This document shows positions 1 through 11,657 of a stretch of 64,000 bases of DNA, one piece after another. The notes under the pieces were generated by a model that was not told where the DNA came from, did no database searches, and saw nothing but the letters and a program-made list of their open reading frames with translations. Positions within the stretch are counted from its first letter, which is position 1; every line of letters begins with the position of its first letter. This stretch comes from Octopus vulgaris (lineage: Eukaryota). Both the position numbers and the translations under genes were made by a program. The DNA lies in contig OX597826.1 of the NCBI GenBank assembly GCA_951406725.2, positions 38,812,001-38,876,000 on the forward strand. The letters are read 5' to 3'.

Positions 1-286
1 CAAAGTAGACCTCGGGAGAATTTGAACTTAGAACGTAGCGACGAGCGAAATACCTATTTCTTTACTACCCACAAGGGGCTAAACACAGAGGAGACAAACA
101 AAGACAGACAGACGGATTAAGTCGATTATATCTACCCCAGTGCGTAACTGGTACTTAAGTTATCGACCCCGAAAAGATGAAAGGCAAAGTCGACCTCGGC
201 GGAATTTGAACTCAGAACGTAACGACAGACGAAATACGGCTACGCATTTCGCCCGGCGTGCTGACGTTTCTGCCAGCTCGCCGCCT
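1..286 (-). mobile_element. tRNA-derived SINE, family A (full copy 53-286 plus an abutting partial copy 1-52)
   Basis: The minus strand starts GGCGGCGAGCTGGCAGAAACG (A-box-like), has GAGTTCAAATTCC (B-box), then GCCTTTCATCTTTTCGGGGTCGATAA..AAGTACCAG (MetaSINE-like central domain). Homologous copies lie at 311-513, 42233-42400 and 59775-59825. Confidence 0.85.
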
Positions 287-310
287 AGTTCAACAATTAA
301 TAATAATAAT

Positions 311-513
311 CCTTTCTACTAATAGCACAAGGCCTGAAATTCGTGGGGAGGGCTTATTGACCCCAGTATTGAACTGGTACTTAATCTATTGATTCAGAAA
401 GGATGAAAGGCAAAGTCGACCTCGGTGGAATTTGAACTCAGAACGTAGCGACGGGCAAAATACCACTGAGTATTTCGTCCAGTGTGCTGATGATTCTACT
501 AGCTGGCCGCCTT
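311..513 (-). mobile_element. tRNA-derived SINE, family A variant with (TTA)n tail
   Basis: Same head and core as 53-286 (AAAGGCAAAGTCGACCTCGG.GGAATTTGAACTCAGAACGTA on +), with a different 3' part that ends in the taataataat run at 298-310. Confidence 0.8.
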
Positions 514-667
514 GTCAAGGCTAGAATGCTTTTCTAGCATAGTTGACCTGGTGCTACATAGGTGAAATAACTGTCATCTTCAAGCTCACTTTATAAACTT
601 TTTTTGTTTTATTTTGTATCTGTATTTCGTTAAATTACAAAACGTGACAGCAGCGACCCAGATGAAT

Positions 668-1124
668 GGGTGCCCTACGACTTTGTTTCCGCAAGACTTT
701 CTATAAAATGGATATTTTCAATGAAATTTTCCAGAGATAAATTCGAGAGTGTAGAGTACAATTATGTTGATAACAAGAAAAAAGATTTTTTTGAAGGTTC
801 GTTTTCTTCTACCTCTCAGTTTTGTTTCCGCGTAACACTCTAAAATGCATTATTCTAAATTGACATTTTGCAAGAATACATTTGCGAAGAGTGTACATTA
901 CGTAATGTCGATTCCCCAAAACATGACCAAAGTTACGGAAACTGTGACAACAAAGTCGGGGCGGGAAGGAGGGTGGAAGTCCGAGCCGAAACTATCCCAC
1001 TAAACATTTTTTTGTTTCTAAGTTTTTATCAATCTGCAATCCCGAAAAACATCCTGCTGTAAAATGTCATTTAATATGCATTCTTCAGCAAGTTATGAGG
1101 AAACAAAATTGGGGTGAGGATACC
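668..1124. mobile_element. Putative MITE / foldback element
   Basis: TTTGTTTCCGC motifs at about 682 and 820 are mirrored by GAGGAAACAAAA at about 1098. An imperfect inverted repeat of about 55 bp links 812-875 with 1055-1114. No coding capacity. Confidence 0.45.
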
Positions 1125-2972
1125 AATCTGTAGTTACCATACAGCAGGGTCTCAACAACCAAACTACGACGAACTAAAAAGGATTCCTTTACTAGAAATA
1201 GCAGCCAAATCTTTCTTCAAATTATATTTGATCGAATGTTGTATAGTAAAGAAAGGGCACAAAACTTAGTAGGGTATTCAGCTGTTTTACAAATAATCAC
1301 GACTGGAATACTTTTGATCATAAGTCACCAGCACGATCTAGGATGACCTATGTCTAAATAACAATAACAAAACGCGGTGGTCAAAGAGGAGTCGGCAGCA
1401 TGGTTAACAATTATCACCATTCGTCTCAGACACCACCTCTTTCTCACAACACTTCCTCATACATACAGCTATGAGCAACTATAATTATTTCAACTTACCT
1501 GACAATGACAACAGCCACATCAACAAGTTTGGTAAAGAATCCTCATTTCATTTTTAAAAAGAATGTTTTCATGAATAGTTATTATTTATCATCTTCATTT
1601 ATTATTATTATTATTATTATAGTAATATCCACAAATATTTCACTGTGTTGTATAGAATGTACCGGCTGGATAACAGAAACATCGTAAGTATATACATACA
1701 CACTATACACACTTGTATGTGTGTATGTATGTATATATGCGTGTCAGATCAAAGATTTAGAAACACACACACATACATACATGCATACATATATATATAT
1801 ATGTATGTGTATGTATGTATACACGTGGTGGGTGAGTATAATTTCCGTGAAATAACTTTAGGATAGGCAGTAGGTATAATACGTAGACCAATACTTGGCT
1901 TGTGAGTTTAATAGTAAACTTAGTAGTGGCGGTAGTGTTGTTCTTAGACACCTACAGAAACGTTGGGGTATGTGTGTAAGTGTTTAAAAAAAAAAGGCAC
2001 GCTTACTGCTGATTTTTCTGTTTCTCTCTCAGTGGGTCTAGTATGTCTGTGTCCACACTCACATATACTTGTACACGCATACACACCACTACCACCTTAG
2101 CTAATAGATACACCCTCTTTCTCTCTCTTTCTTTCTTTCACTTTTTTACGCACTCCGTCGGTTTATCATTCCAAAATATCAGTGATCACTAGATAGGAGT
2201 GACATTCGTTTGAAATTACCATTACACTTTGTGTGTGTGTGTGTGTGGTGTTAACCTTTATATGTATGTAACAAGTTGTGATTTTATTCTATAAATGAAG
2301 GCTGGTGAAAATACGTAAGTAAAAAAAAAAGAAGAAAAAGCTTATGGTCGCCGCCCATCACTTCATTCTATCATACGCATACACTATTTCACTTTATATA
2401 ATACATACCCGCGGTTTTCTCTAGTCACACTCACCACTCACTGTCTCGCTCTCTTTCACATACACTTTTCCCTCATACTCTCTCCTTCTCTCTATCACAT
2501 ATTGTCTTCTCTTTTGCTCTCACGCTTTTCTCAAACACTGTTTTTTTTTTTTCATGTACTGTATCTTCCATCTCAACAATAGTCTTTTCTTTCTCTGTCT
2601 CTCTTTCTCCCTCCTTCTCGCCCTCTCTCTCTCACACACAACCACATATTCACAGCCACTTTGCACACTAACTTCCTTATACTGTCAGCACTCTTCTCCC
2701 TATACCGCAACTCTAAATTGTCATTTCTTTCTAAATTCTACCCTGTCAAGCTATGTCCAAATAATTCCTTTCATTCTACTCCTGTCTTTTTACTACGATT
2801 AACGCTCTTACACTTTCTATTCCTGCTCTTTGTTTTCCTCTTTTTGTTCCGTCCATTCATTAAATTTCCCTTCTCATTTTTACTCAATGATCATCTTCCT
2901 CAACTTAGACTTTTCTCATATCCCATACCATTCTTCCCTTTTTACTGAAACTCATCTCTCTATCTCATATGC

Positions 2973-3210
2973 CAGCGTTTCTTAAAGTGGGTTCCGAGGG
3001 AACCCAAGTTTTTATGAAAACATATTTGGATTTCGTGAGATGTATTTTTGATAAAATTTAATAAAAACCCATTTTATATTTATATACTTAAAACTTACCA
3101 TTTAAAAAAGAAAAAGTGGTGTTTGATATATACATAAATTATCTCCCTAAAAAAAGTTTCATTTAATGTCTTATTAAAAGTAGGGTGGTGGGGGGTTGTC
3201 CGTAAAATAT
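2973..3210. mobile_element. hAT/Charlie-like MITE end fragment
   Basis: Starts CAGCGTTTCTTAAAGTGGGTTCC, which resembles Charlie-type TIRs. The partner TIR was not found. Confidence 0.3.
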
Positions 3211-3414
3211 AGCTTATGGCCACCTCAATTTACTTTTTACTTGTTTCAGTTTTTGGACTGCACCGCCTTGAGGAGGTTTAGTAGAACAAATCGACCCCTC
3301 CCCCAACCAGTACTTATCTTAAAAACCTGGTATTTATTCTGTTGATCTTTTGCCGAAGCGCTAAGTTACAGGGACGTAAACAGAACAACATTGAGGGACA
3401 AAGACACAGCTACA

Positions 3415-4588
3415 TACGCAAGGGCGGGATGCAAAGTTCATAGGCTCTCTATGAAGGAGTGATGCTAGAGTTGTGAAATCTTGTGTGCAATAATTTCAAC
3501 TCATTAATAACTGCATTGTCTCTTTCCAGGTAAACTGACATTTGGCTCTTGAAAGAAGACTTCAAAAGTAACAAGTAGTGACTTCTTTTGAAAATGAACA
3601 AAATTTGGCATTGTGGTGTTATCAAGTATCAGCAGGAAAGGGGTTTAGCCCCCAATGATTTTCATACTGACATGGTTGCTACATTAGGGGATGAAGTTCC
3701 AGCTTTATCAACTGTGCAAGTGGGCTGCTGAATTTAAGAGGGAAGGGATAGTCTTGAAGACGACCCAAGATCTGGACTTCTTGCAATTGCCAACACCAAG
3801 GAAAATATTGATCCTGTACACCACATGGTGATGGATGACAGGCGATTGACTTATAAATTAAATAGCCAATGTTATTAGTATATCCTGTCAAAGAGTTGAG
3901 AATATGAACTTGGCTGGTGGATGCCACGTCTTCTGACACCTGACACCAGGCTGATCACATCACAGGAAAATTTGACATTGTTTCAGGCAGATACAGCTGG
4001 TTTCCTTGAATGTTTTCTGACCCTGAATGAGCATTGGTTTCATCATTTTGCATCAGAGACAGAGATAATCCATGCAGTGGAAACACCCCTTCCTCACCTG
4101 CTCTGGAGAAGGCTATGGTCATTTTGTCTGGAGAAAAGTTGATGGTCTCAATTCAAAAGGGCCATGTCATCAATGGAGGGTACTATGCCAACTTGCTGAG
4201 GCAGTTAGGAAAGGTTATCAAAACCAAATGCCTTGGAAAACTGACAAAAGGGATCTTGTTTTAGCAGGACAACACTCCAGTACACAAATCCTTGTTTTAG
4301 TGACTGCTGTGCATGACTGTGGCTTTCAACTTGTTGATCACCATCCCTATTCTCCTGATCTGGTCCCATCTGATTATCTATTCTTTCTTTTGTTTCAGTC
4401 ATTTGACTGTGGCCATGCTGGAACACCGCCTTTAGTCGAACAAATCAATCCCAGGATTTATTCTTTGTAAGCCTAGTACTAATTCTATCAGTCTCTTTTG
4501 CCGAACTGCTATTTTACACGAACATTGGTTGTCAAGCGACGGTGAGTGGGGGAGACACAGACACACAAACACACACACACACGCACGC

Positions 4589-4626
<38 letters not shown>

Positions 4627-5012
4627 GACGGGCTTCTTTCTGTTTCTGTCTAACCAAATCTACTCACAAGGCTTTGGTTGGCCTGAGGCTATAGAAGACA
4701 CTTGCCCAAGGTGCCACGCAGTGGGACTGAACCCAGAACCATGTGGTTAGGAAGCAAGCTACTTACCCCACAGCCACTCCAGTTCACAAACATGAAATAA
4801 CACTCGTCTGGGAGCCAGTATCGCAACAATGACAACGTGATATCTACTGTTGCTGACTCTTGACCAACAGGATGACAAGCTCTTTACCAGTGGGTTCTGA
4901 GCACTACAACACCGATGGAAGAAGTGTGTGAACTGTTGAAAAATAAACTTCATTGGTCACATTCCATAAGGGTATCTTGGTCAGCCTGTAAACTTTTCAG
5001 CTGACCCTCATA
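3415..5012 (+). mobile_element. Mariner DNA transposon with pseudogenised transposase (ATG 3594 to about 4940)
   Basis: Imperfect TIRs (TACGCAAGGGCGGGATGCAAAGTTCATAGGCT / AGCCTGTAAACTTTTCAGCTGACCCTCATA). Translated motifs: MNKIWHCGVIKY, WMPRLLTPD, LTLNEHWFHHF, QDNT and HPYSPDLVPSDY. Multiple frameshifts. Confidence 0.9.
4385..4780 (-). mobile_element. tRNA-derived SINE, family B, with internal (CA)/(TA) microsatellite, inserted in the mariner
   Basis: Minus-strand head GGAGTGGCTGTGGGGTAAG (A box), GGTTCAGTCCC (B box), CCTTGGGCAAGTG (CORE-like). It interrupts the transposase immediately after YSPDLVPSDY. Confidence 0.9.
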
Positions 5013-5339
5013 TATACGATGGGCTTCTTTCAGTTTCAGTCTACCAAATCCATTCATAAGGTTTTGATTGGCCCGAAGCTATAGTAGAAAAGACTTGCTC
5101 AAGGTGCCACACAATGGAACGAGATCAGAAACTACGTGGCTGGGAAGCAAACTTCCTGTCAAACAACCACGTCAACACCTATCCTCTTTACTCAATCATA
5201 TCTCGCACTCTCTTCCTCTCTTTATTATCACATACATAACCAAATTACTGATCTTATTTTTCATTTACTCCACCCATTCTATAAATCCTCTTTCGTTTTC
5301 TTTATTTCTTATTATATATGTATGTATGTTAGGTCACTC

Positions 5340-5780
5340 CTAGTGTTACTGCTAACATCTAACCTAGTACAATCTATTGTATGGTTGGGCCATCGACAAC
5401 TAAACTGGCCGCTCTCCCAAATTAGCTTCTTGAAGAGGGTGATTTTCAATGGACACTCTGCAGGATAAAAAGATAACTTGCCAAAGGACAGAAGAACTTG
5501 ATAGAGCCTTCGGACATCCACCAGCTGAAAGTGAGAGGTCTCTAGAGTTTGTTTGGACATCCCTCAAGGAGAAGGTAATTCTGAAGAAATAACACTTGCC
5601 ACATTGCAAAGCCAGAGATCTTATTCTAGCTTGTTTTTGAATTATTTAGCGTTGTAGGTGAAAGTCTTAGGGTAAAGTACAAGTTGTTATTTGAGTTTAC
5701 ATTTCGGTATAGGCATTTACTGACAGCCATTGCCTTTAACATCTCAAATAAGATAATTTGTCAGCGATGGTCATACTCAT
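5340..5780 (-). mobile_element. Degenerate 3' end of a non-LTR element (second copy about 49100-49290, + strand)
   Basis: Shares TTTTTATCCTGCAGAG.GTCCA and a similar downstream segment with 49160-49280. No intact frame. Confidence 0.3.
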
Positions 5781-5920
5781 CTATAAGTTGACAGCCGTAT
5801 TGTATGTATATGTGTGTGTGTGTGTGTATGTACATATGTCTTCACTTTTTCTTTAATTTAGAGTAAATTTTGACTGACTACCTACTTGTTTTGTTCATCA
5901 TCTTTTAAAACTTAAGAAGG

Positions 5921-7376
5921 TACTGTCAACTAGAATAGCAGGTCCCTCTGTTGGGTCGACATTTGGCAGACGCTCTTTCTCTCATTCATTTTCTTTATTC
6001 AGCAACCTTTCATAATGGCATCTCCAAATCTCTCTCTTTGCAGCCTCATCTAGAGCAAGTGAACCATCACCCATGCGAACACATTTCCTGCCTACATCAC
6101 GATTCTCTCTCACACAGTCTTGCAACATAAAATACCTCAAGTCTTTGGTCCTCACAGCACAGAACATTGGCAAATTTTTGTCTTATCTGCTTCCCCTCTG
6201 GCTAAATAAACCTGCCTCCTAGCTTCCCTTCTGGCAGTCTGATACAATTCCCTGCTACCCCCGTTCCTCCAGTACTTCCAAGCCTGTTTGTTTTCTCTAA
6301 TAGCCCTGTCAACAACATTGTTCCACCACCATGTTATTTTGGGTCGAGAAGTGACTTTGCACCATCCACAGATCTGGTCAGTGGCCCTCAGCAGATTGTC
6401 CTGTAGAAACCTCCAGTTGTCTTCTACATTGTGTGAAGGTATATCCCCTGCTATTTTGTCAAAGGCTTCAAGTAATATGTCTCTAAATCTTTGTCCATTC
6501 GCAGGATCTTTAAGCTTCCAGACCCTTCTCTTCCATGCTGGTCGTCTTCTGGGCATCCACTTAGCCCTGATCCTGAAGTCACTAACTACCAGTCTATGTT
6601 GTGGGGTACATTCTTCACCTGGGAAGGTTTTGGCATTCATAAGCAGCCATCTTTCCCTTTTTCTGGTGAGGATGTAGTCAATTTGGCTTGTGTGTCTGCC
6701 AGAACGGTAGGTGACTAGGTGACTGGCAGGTTTTCTGAAGTTAGTATTGCAAACCATAAGATCATTTGCATCGCAGAACTCCAGCAGCCTGGTTCTCTCC
6801 TCATTGCGGGAGCCAAAACCGTAACCTCCATGTACGCCATGGAAGCCCCCAGCATGTTGTCCAACATATCCATTGAAGTCACCAGCCACAAAGAGAAGGT
6901 CCCTGTCATTCGTCAAAGCAGTAATCTACAAGAGGGTGTCATAGAATCGGTCTTTCTGGCCATCAGGTAACCCTGGCTGAGGGGCATAGGCCGAGATAAT
7001 GGTTGCTAATCCATGATGAAGCACTAATCTAATCTTAAGTATTGTCACATACTCTGACTACTTCGATTACCTTTACCCATTTTTCAACAAGAAGTATACC
7101 CACGCCTCCGACCCCGTCAGTGTTCCCCGCCCAGAAAATCTCGTACCCGTATTCTTTGCCTGTGAGGAACCTAGCAGAACCTCCTCTCCACCTTACTTCT
7201 TGGATGCAGCATATATCGACACATCTCCGCTCAAGCATCTCAACAATCTCACCAGACCTACCTTTCAGTGTGCCGACGTTGAGAGTGCCAAACCTGAGGG
7301 TGTGGGAGGTATGGGCCCTTGAGACCCTGGGATGGGAGACAGTAGCTTGCATTTGGCAGAATTCATAAACAAACAA
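5921..7376 (-). mobile_element. RTE-clade LINE, 5' part: AP endonuclease plus linker, pseudogenised; 5' UTR may extend to about 8050
   Basis: Translated motifs: LRFGTLNVGTLKGR, ICCIQEVRWRG, GVGILL, IISAYAPQ, AGDFNGYVG, GFGSRNEE, CNTNFRK, SQIDYIL, QHRLVV, TWWWN and WRCHYERLLN. Confidence 0.93.
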
Positions 7377-8149
7377 TAGCCATTAGTTCAACCTGCGTAC
7401 ACTACACTATCATATTTTTGCGCTATGCGATCACTACCTTATATAGCATGGGTAGGGGTGGCGTAAGCCTTTAGAAGTGTTCATGGGAGACAACCAAAGG
7501 TTGACAAATAATGGGAACTTCCGATACAGGTGGAGGGGGTGGGAGGACGGACGTACCACCAACTAGAAGCTTGGACGAGAACGAGAGCATCAGGACACGG
7601 ATCCTTTCGGTGGAGGTGTTAAGACTCGAGTGAGGAGGTCAGCCTGTGTGCGCTAGTTTATATAGGGTAGTGGTGGTGGAGGAAGTAGGAAGTCTTGGCG
7701 AGGCGATTGGTAATCGAAGGAGAGAGACACACAAAGTGAGGCAGATAGAGAGAGGGGGGGGGGGTCATAACACGAGGGATAAAAGAAATTCTTTTAGAAT
7801 CTGAGTGGCACAGTTAATTTAACGAGACAGCAAATATAGATAATAGTAAATAGAATTGAAGAATCTGAGAGCCAGTCTAATACAAAGTTAGAGGAGGATG
7901 TCTGTGTGATAGCTTTTAATAGATGAATGAATGAATGTTGCAGTTAAGGAAATGCGTGAACTAACGTTATCTTAGGCAACAACAAGGAAGACGAAACTAC
8001 AGAATTATATTTACATGCTGATATGGTATTGACATAGACAGAGTAATGAAAAGGAGCTAATAAGGGGTTTATAATCTGCTCAAAAATAGTAGAGTAGATG
8101 ATAAGATTGAGAAAGGCAAAAGACTTATCTGGCCATCTTCTGGGTTTCG

Positions 8150-9957
8150 TATTTTCAACCGAGATATTGAAATCGAATTCTCGTAACTTCCTCAGTGATG
8201 TAGGAACAGGGATATCTGTTAAGACATCAACTTATTCTTTTAATGGACGAATTCCATTTTTGTCAATAACATGTAGCAAAAATGTAATAGAAGAAACACC
8301 AAAAAGATATTTACTAGGGTTAATTATCACACCGAACTCTGACAATCTGGTAAAAAGCTGTTCTAAATGCTGTTCCATACGGCTATCAATCAAGGCATTT
8401 CAAGAAATTCGAAAAGTCCGAAAGGAGTAATTATGGCTGTTTTGAGGACATCAGCAGATTCTCTAAGAATCTTAATACAGGAGCGTGCTCAATCCATTTT
8501 TGAAAAAAGCAGTACAACCATGTAAAGAAGCTGAGAAATCATGATTATTAGGAACTGAGTACTAACCTGGAACATTCAAACGTCTGTAGTCTCCACAAGG
8601 ATACCAGTCTTCTTCAGATTGTTTGGAACCGTATGATGTGAAGAAGACCAATTACTGCTGGAAAGTTGAATTATTCCAAGATCCAACATGTGATTAAATT
8701 TGTCCTTAGCTATTTTCAACATATCGGAAACTTGCCTGGCGATGACGTTTTTCCACGGCTGAGTAAATGACTTGAAAGGACAGAGCTGAACACACTTGTG
8801 TTCATCGACACCAGTGCGATTATGATACCATGAAATAATGCAGAGCTTCTTCAAGGATTAAAAAAGGCTTTCTAGAAATTCTTCCGCCACAGTAATTTGA
8901 GTGTGTATAATATCTAGAGTATTGCAACTGCTCAAGCTTATCTGTTAGAGCCTTAATTCTACGTTCGATTGTTTTACAGAACAACACTAACTTAGAAGAA
9001 ATAGAAAAGATGGATGAAACAGATGAAGTCGCCATTCCTTGGTTTAGCTGTTTGTTTGTTTTTTGTTTTTGTTTTTTAACAGAAATTAGTTGAAATCACA
9101 CAAAAGGATATGGAAACTCAAAAACAACAGGCCATTTGTGAACTTGGAAAAGTTCAGGATTAACTTTACTCTGGAAACATTTGAGAGAAGAAAAGAGTTT
9201 TCTTGGTGTTGACAGGTAGATTTGACTATGTTTCGAATAAGACGAAAGATATATCGTAAACTAATAGTTGTTGCTTGGTTGCGGTGGTAAGAAAAGTGTC
9301 TGAGTCGGCTTTTGCTCCTCTGATCATGGTGGGTTATCATGTGTTGCGTGTGTGTTGGTGTCATGCTGGTTTGATGTTCATGCAATAATTGAGTCAGTCT
9401 TGCTGGCTATTTCGGAGTTGAATATGACCAAATGGTGCTCGTATCAAAGGTCGCCAATATTGTGAGGTGTCATTTGTGTACTTGATGTTGGTGAAAAATG
9501 AAGCTGTCTTTCTAGGGCTGCACGTAAAAATGATTAACAATACTCACGAAAAATTAACAGATTATTTATTTACATCATGTCATGTTTTCTGTGTTAGTCT
9601 TTGAATGAAAACTAACAACAGCAGTTACACATCAAGAGAGATATACTACTGGGATTTACATCAATCTAATTGATATATATCAATCTGCTGCTGGCTTATC
9701 ACAACTGGAAAATAATTGCATTATATTCATGACGACAAAATATGTGTCTTCTAAACTGCAATGAAAATGGAGACGTCAAGTGGCTGCCTCAACATTCTGG
9801 AGTTACTACCAAAAAGCAATGAGAAAGTTACAAAAGGTCGAATGATGTCAGGACTTGATGCTGATTGGTCGGTTATTCTACTGATCACGTGAAACGAGTG
9901 TGGCTAAGCAGTGATGTCTACTCGGTTATCCAGTGATTTGGTTTTGAATGTGCTACA
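8150..9957 (-). mobile_element. Ty3/Gypsy LTR retrotransposon remnant (5' LTR 9461-9957, PBS, deleted gag-pol with RT pieces)
   Basis: RT peptides FNHMLDLGIIQLSSSNWSS, CGDYRRL, FGLFEFLEMP and HLEQLFTRLSEFGVIINPSK. PBS-like TGGCGACC at 9449-9456 (-). LTR bounded by TGT...ACA and containing AATAAA. Confidence 0.8.
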
Positions 9958-10093
9958 TATATATGTATTGTAATCTTGTTGAAGGCATACATTTTCAAAA
10001 CGTTCTTGACTTCTGGTAAAAAACGAAAGTGATGTAACATCATTAAATACAATTCAACTAAGGGATTACCTATACAATATATACATATATATT

Positions 10094-10249
10094 TATACAC
10101 ACACATACATACATACATACATACATACATACATACATACATACATACATACATACATACATACATACATGCATGCATGCATGCACGCACGCACGCACGC
10201 ATGCATACATACATACATACATACATACATACATACATACATACATACA

Positions 10250-10283
<34 letters not shown>

Positions 10284-10302
10284 CACACACACATACATAC
10301 AT
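10094..10302. repeat. (CATA)n compound microsatellite
   Basis: Directly visible, with an internal (GCAT)/(GCAC) patch. Confidence 0.97.
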
Positions 10303-11350
10303 AGGTTATAAGAGATGATGGTGTCATTGAGACCCAAAGGTGTCAGGTAATGCTGAATTAGTGCTCTAGACAGACCATAGTTAAGTTCCAGATTCGGTAA
10401 TTTTGCGAATAAGGGGTTTAACATTGGTTCTATGTCAGCGTGTGTATTTAAGAATTTTTTTGCGTAATAAGATAAAAAACTAAGGGTGTGTAAATATTAG
10501 AGCATTTAAAGATAGGTCTTACAGCTGTTTCTAGGATATTTATTAATTATATCCTTTCATCGGAGACCGTGTGAGAGGATGGTTAAGTCATAGTTAGTTT
10601 AGATGTGTTACAAAATAGAGAGTGAAGTGGAGGAAAGAAAATAGATGCAAGATATGTATGGATATTGAAGTTGTAAATCCATTTTATAGGCATAATGGTA
10701 TATATGCAATATTCCAATATCCTATGAGTAAAGTACAAAAGTCCAACAGAGTTTAAAATGGGTCCTTCCAAATATAAAGTTTATACGCAATGTAAGATTC
10801 CTTTATGAGTGAGATCCAGTAGATTTTTAAACTTGGTCATTCAAAGTAGAGAATTAATATACAGTATAAACAGAGAGAGAATAAAAAAAATTGTGGATTT
10901 AGTGATCAAGCATGGCGAATGGTTGGGAAAAACGGTTCAACAGGAGAGGTAGAAAGAAGGGGAGATAATAAAGTATTGGTGATCCCAAAACAAAGGTGCA
11001 CATGCATGAGTGTGTGTGGATAGGGGCTAGTGACTTTGATGCGGGTGGATATGTGCATGTGTGTGTCTAATGTGTGAGTGTGCAGATGATGGTGTGTGGT
11101 GTGGATGCTGGGAAGTGGTCAGTGCTAGTGTATGTGGAGTGGGGTGGGTGGAGAGGTATCGATGAGGTGAGAAGGTGGGTAGGAGTGAAGAGAGGAAGTA
11201 GGTGCCAGATGAAGAGAGGAGAGGAGGGGAGATGAGCCTATGTGGTGCAAAGGAGCAAAGAGAGAAGATTAATTCCTTTTCACAGTGAAGGCGGGGGTCT
11301 GGATGGCCCCTATTCAAAGACAATCCAAACACAGACAAATGTTGTAGTGA
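10303..11350 (-). mobile_element. Penelope-like element 3' end: GIY-YIG C-terminus plus 3' repeat region
   Basis: SVFGLSLNRGHPDPRLHCEKELIFSLCSFAPHRL resembles the PLE endonuclease C-terminus. It is followed by a pyrimidine-rich tract and a hammerhead fold. Confidence 0.7.
10515..10568 (-). ncRNA. Type I hammerhead ribozyme-like motif (core variant CCGAUGA)
   Basis: GGTCT-CCGATGA-A-AGGATAT(loop)ATATCCT-A-GAAA-CAGCTG-TA-AGACC: 5-bp stem I, 7-bp stem II, palindromic stem III and a GUA cleavage triplet. Confidence 0.75.
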
Positions 11351-11351
11351 A

Positions 11352-11387
<36 letters not shown>

Positions 11388-11557
11388 TATAAGGGAGTAT
11401 AATTCCAAACTTACAGGGAAAAATTCAATTTAGTATGAAATCAAAGTTCATAGTATAAATATATAAAATATAAATTAGAGATAAAACCACTATTATGCAA
11501 CTTATAACTAGATCTCAAAAAGTATAAAATGAATGATAAATATATAATAAGTAAAAA

Positions 11558-11657
11558 CACTACATACGTTTCATTGCTACAATTAAATTCGAATTACAAT
11601 TAAGTTTAAATTCAATTGAAATAAATTCGAATTAAAATTATAGTCAATCTTCAGGTT
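11558..11657 (-). ncRNA. Hammerhead ribozyme-like motif with very long stem II
   Basis: AC-CTGAAGA-[TTGACTATAATTTTAATTCGAATT...AATTCGAATTTAATTGTAGCAAT]-GAAA-CGTATG-TA-GT. The core is intact but stem I is weak. Confidence 0.55.

Larger units (their letters stand above)
3229..5180 (-). mobile_element. tRNA-derived SINE, family B, split by a mariner (tail 3229-3414, head 5013-5180)
   Basis: The two halves match the two halves of the intact copy at 4385-4780 and lie in the correct order and orientation around the mariner. Confidence 0.75.

Noticed and set aside
53-286. tRNA genes at SINE heads
   Set aside because: A/B boxes are present, but there is no full cloverleaf and each continues into a SINE body.
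1495-1690. Possible small exons: minus-strand donor CAG|GTAAGT at about 1498, and plus-strand AG...GTAAGT at 1656-1683
   Set aside because: Too short and no recognisable coding content; such motifs are expected by chance without transcript data.
9918-10424. ORFs such as MYVCMYV.., YIYIYI.., THTHTH.., LLLL.. here and throughout the window
   Set aside because: They are translations of microsatellites.
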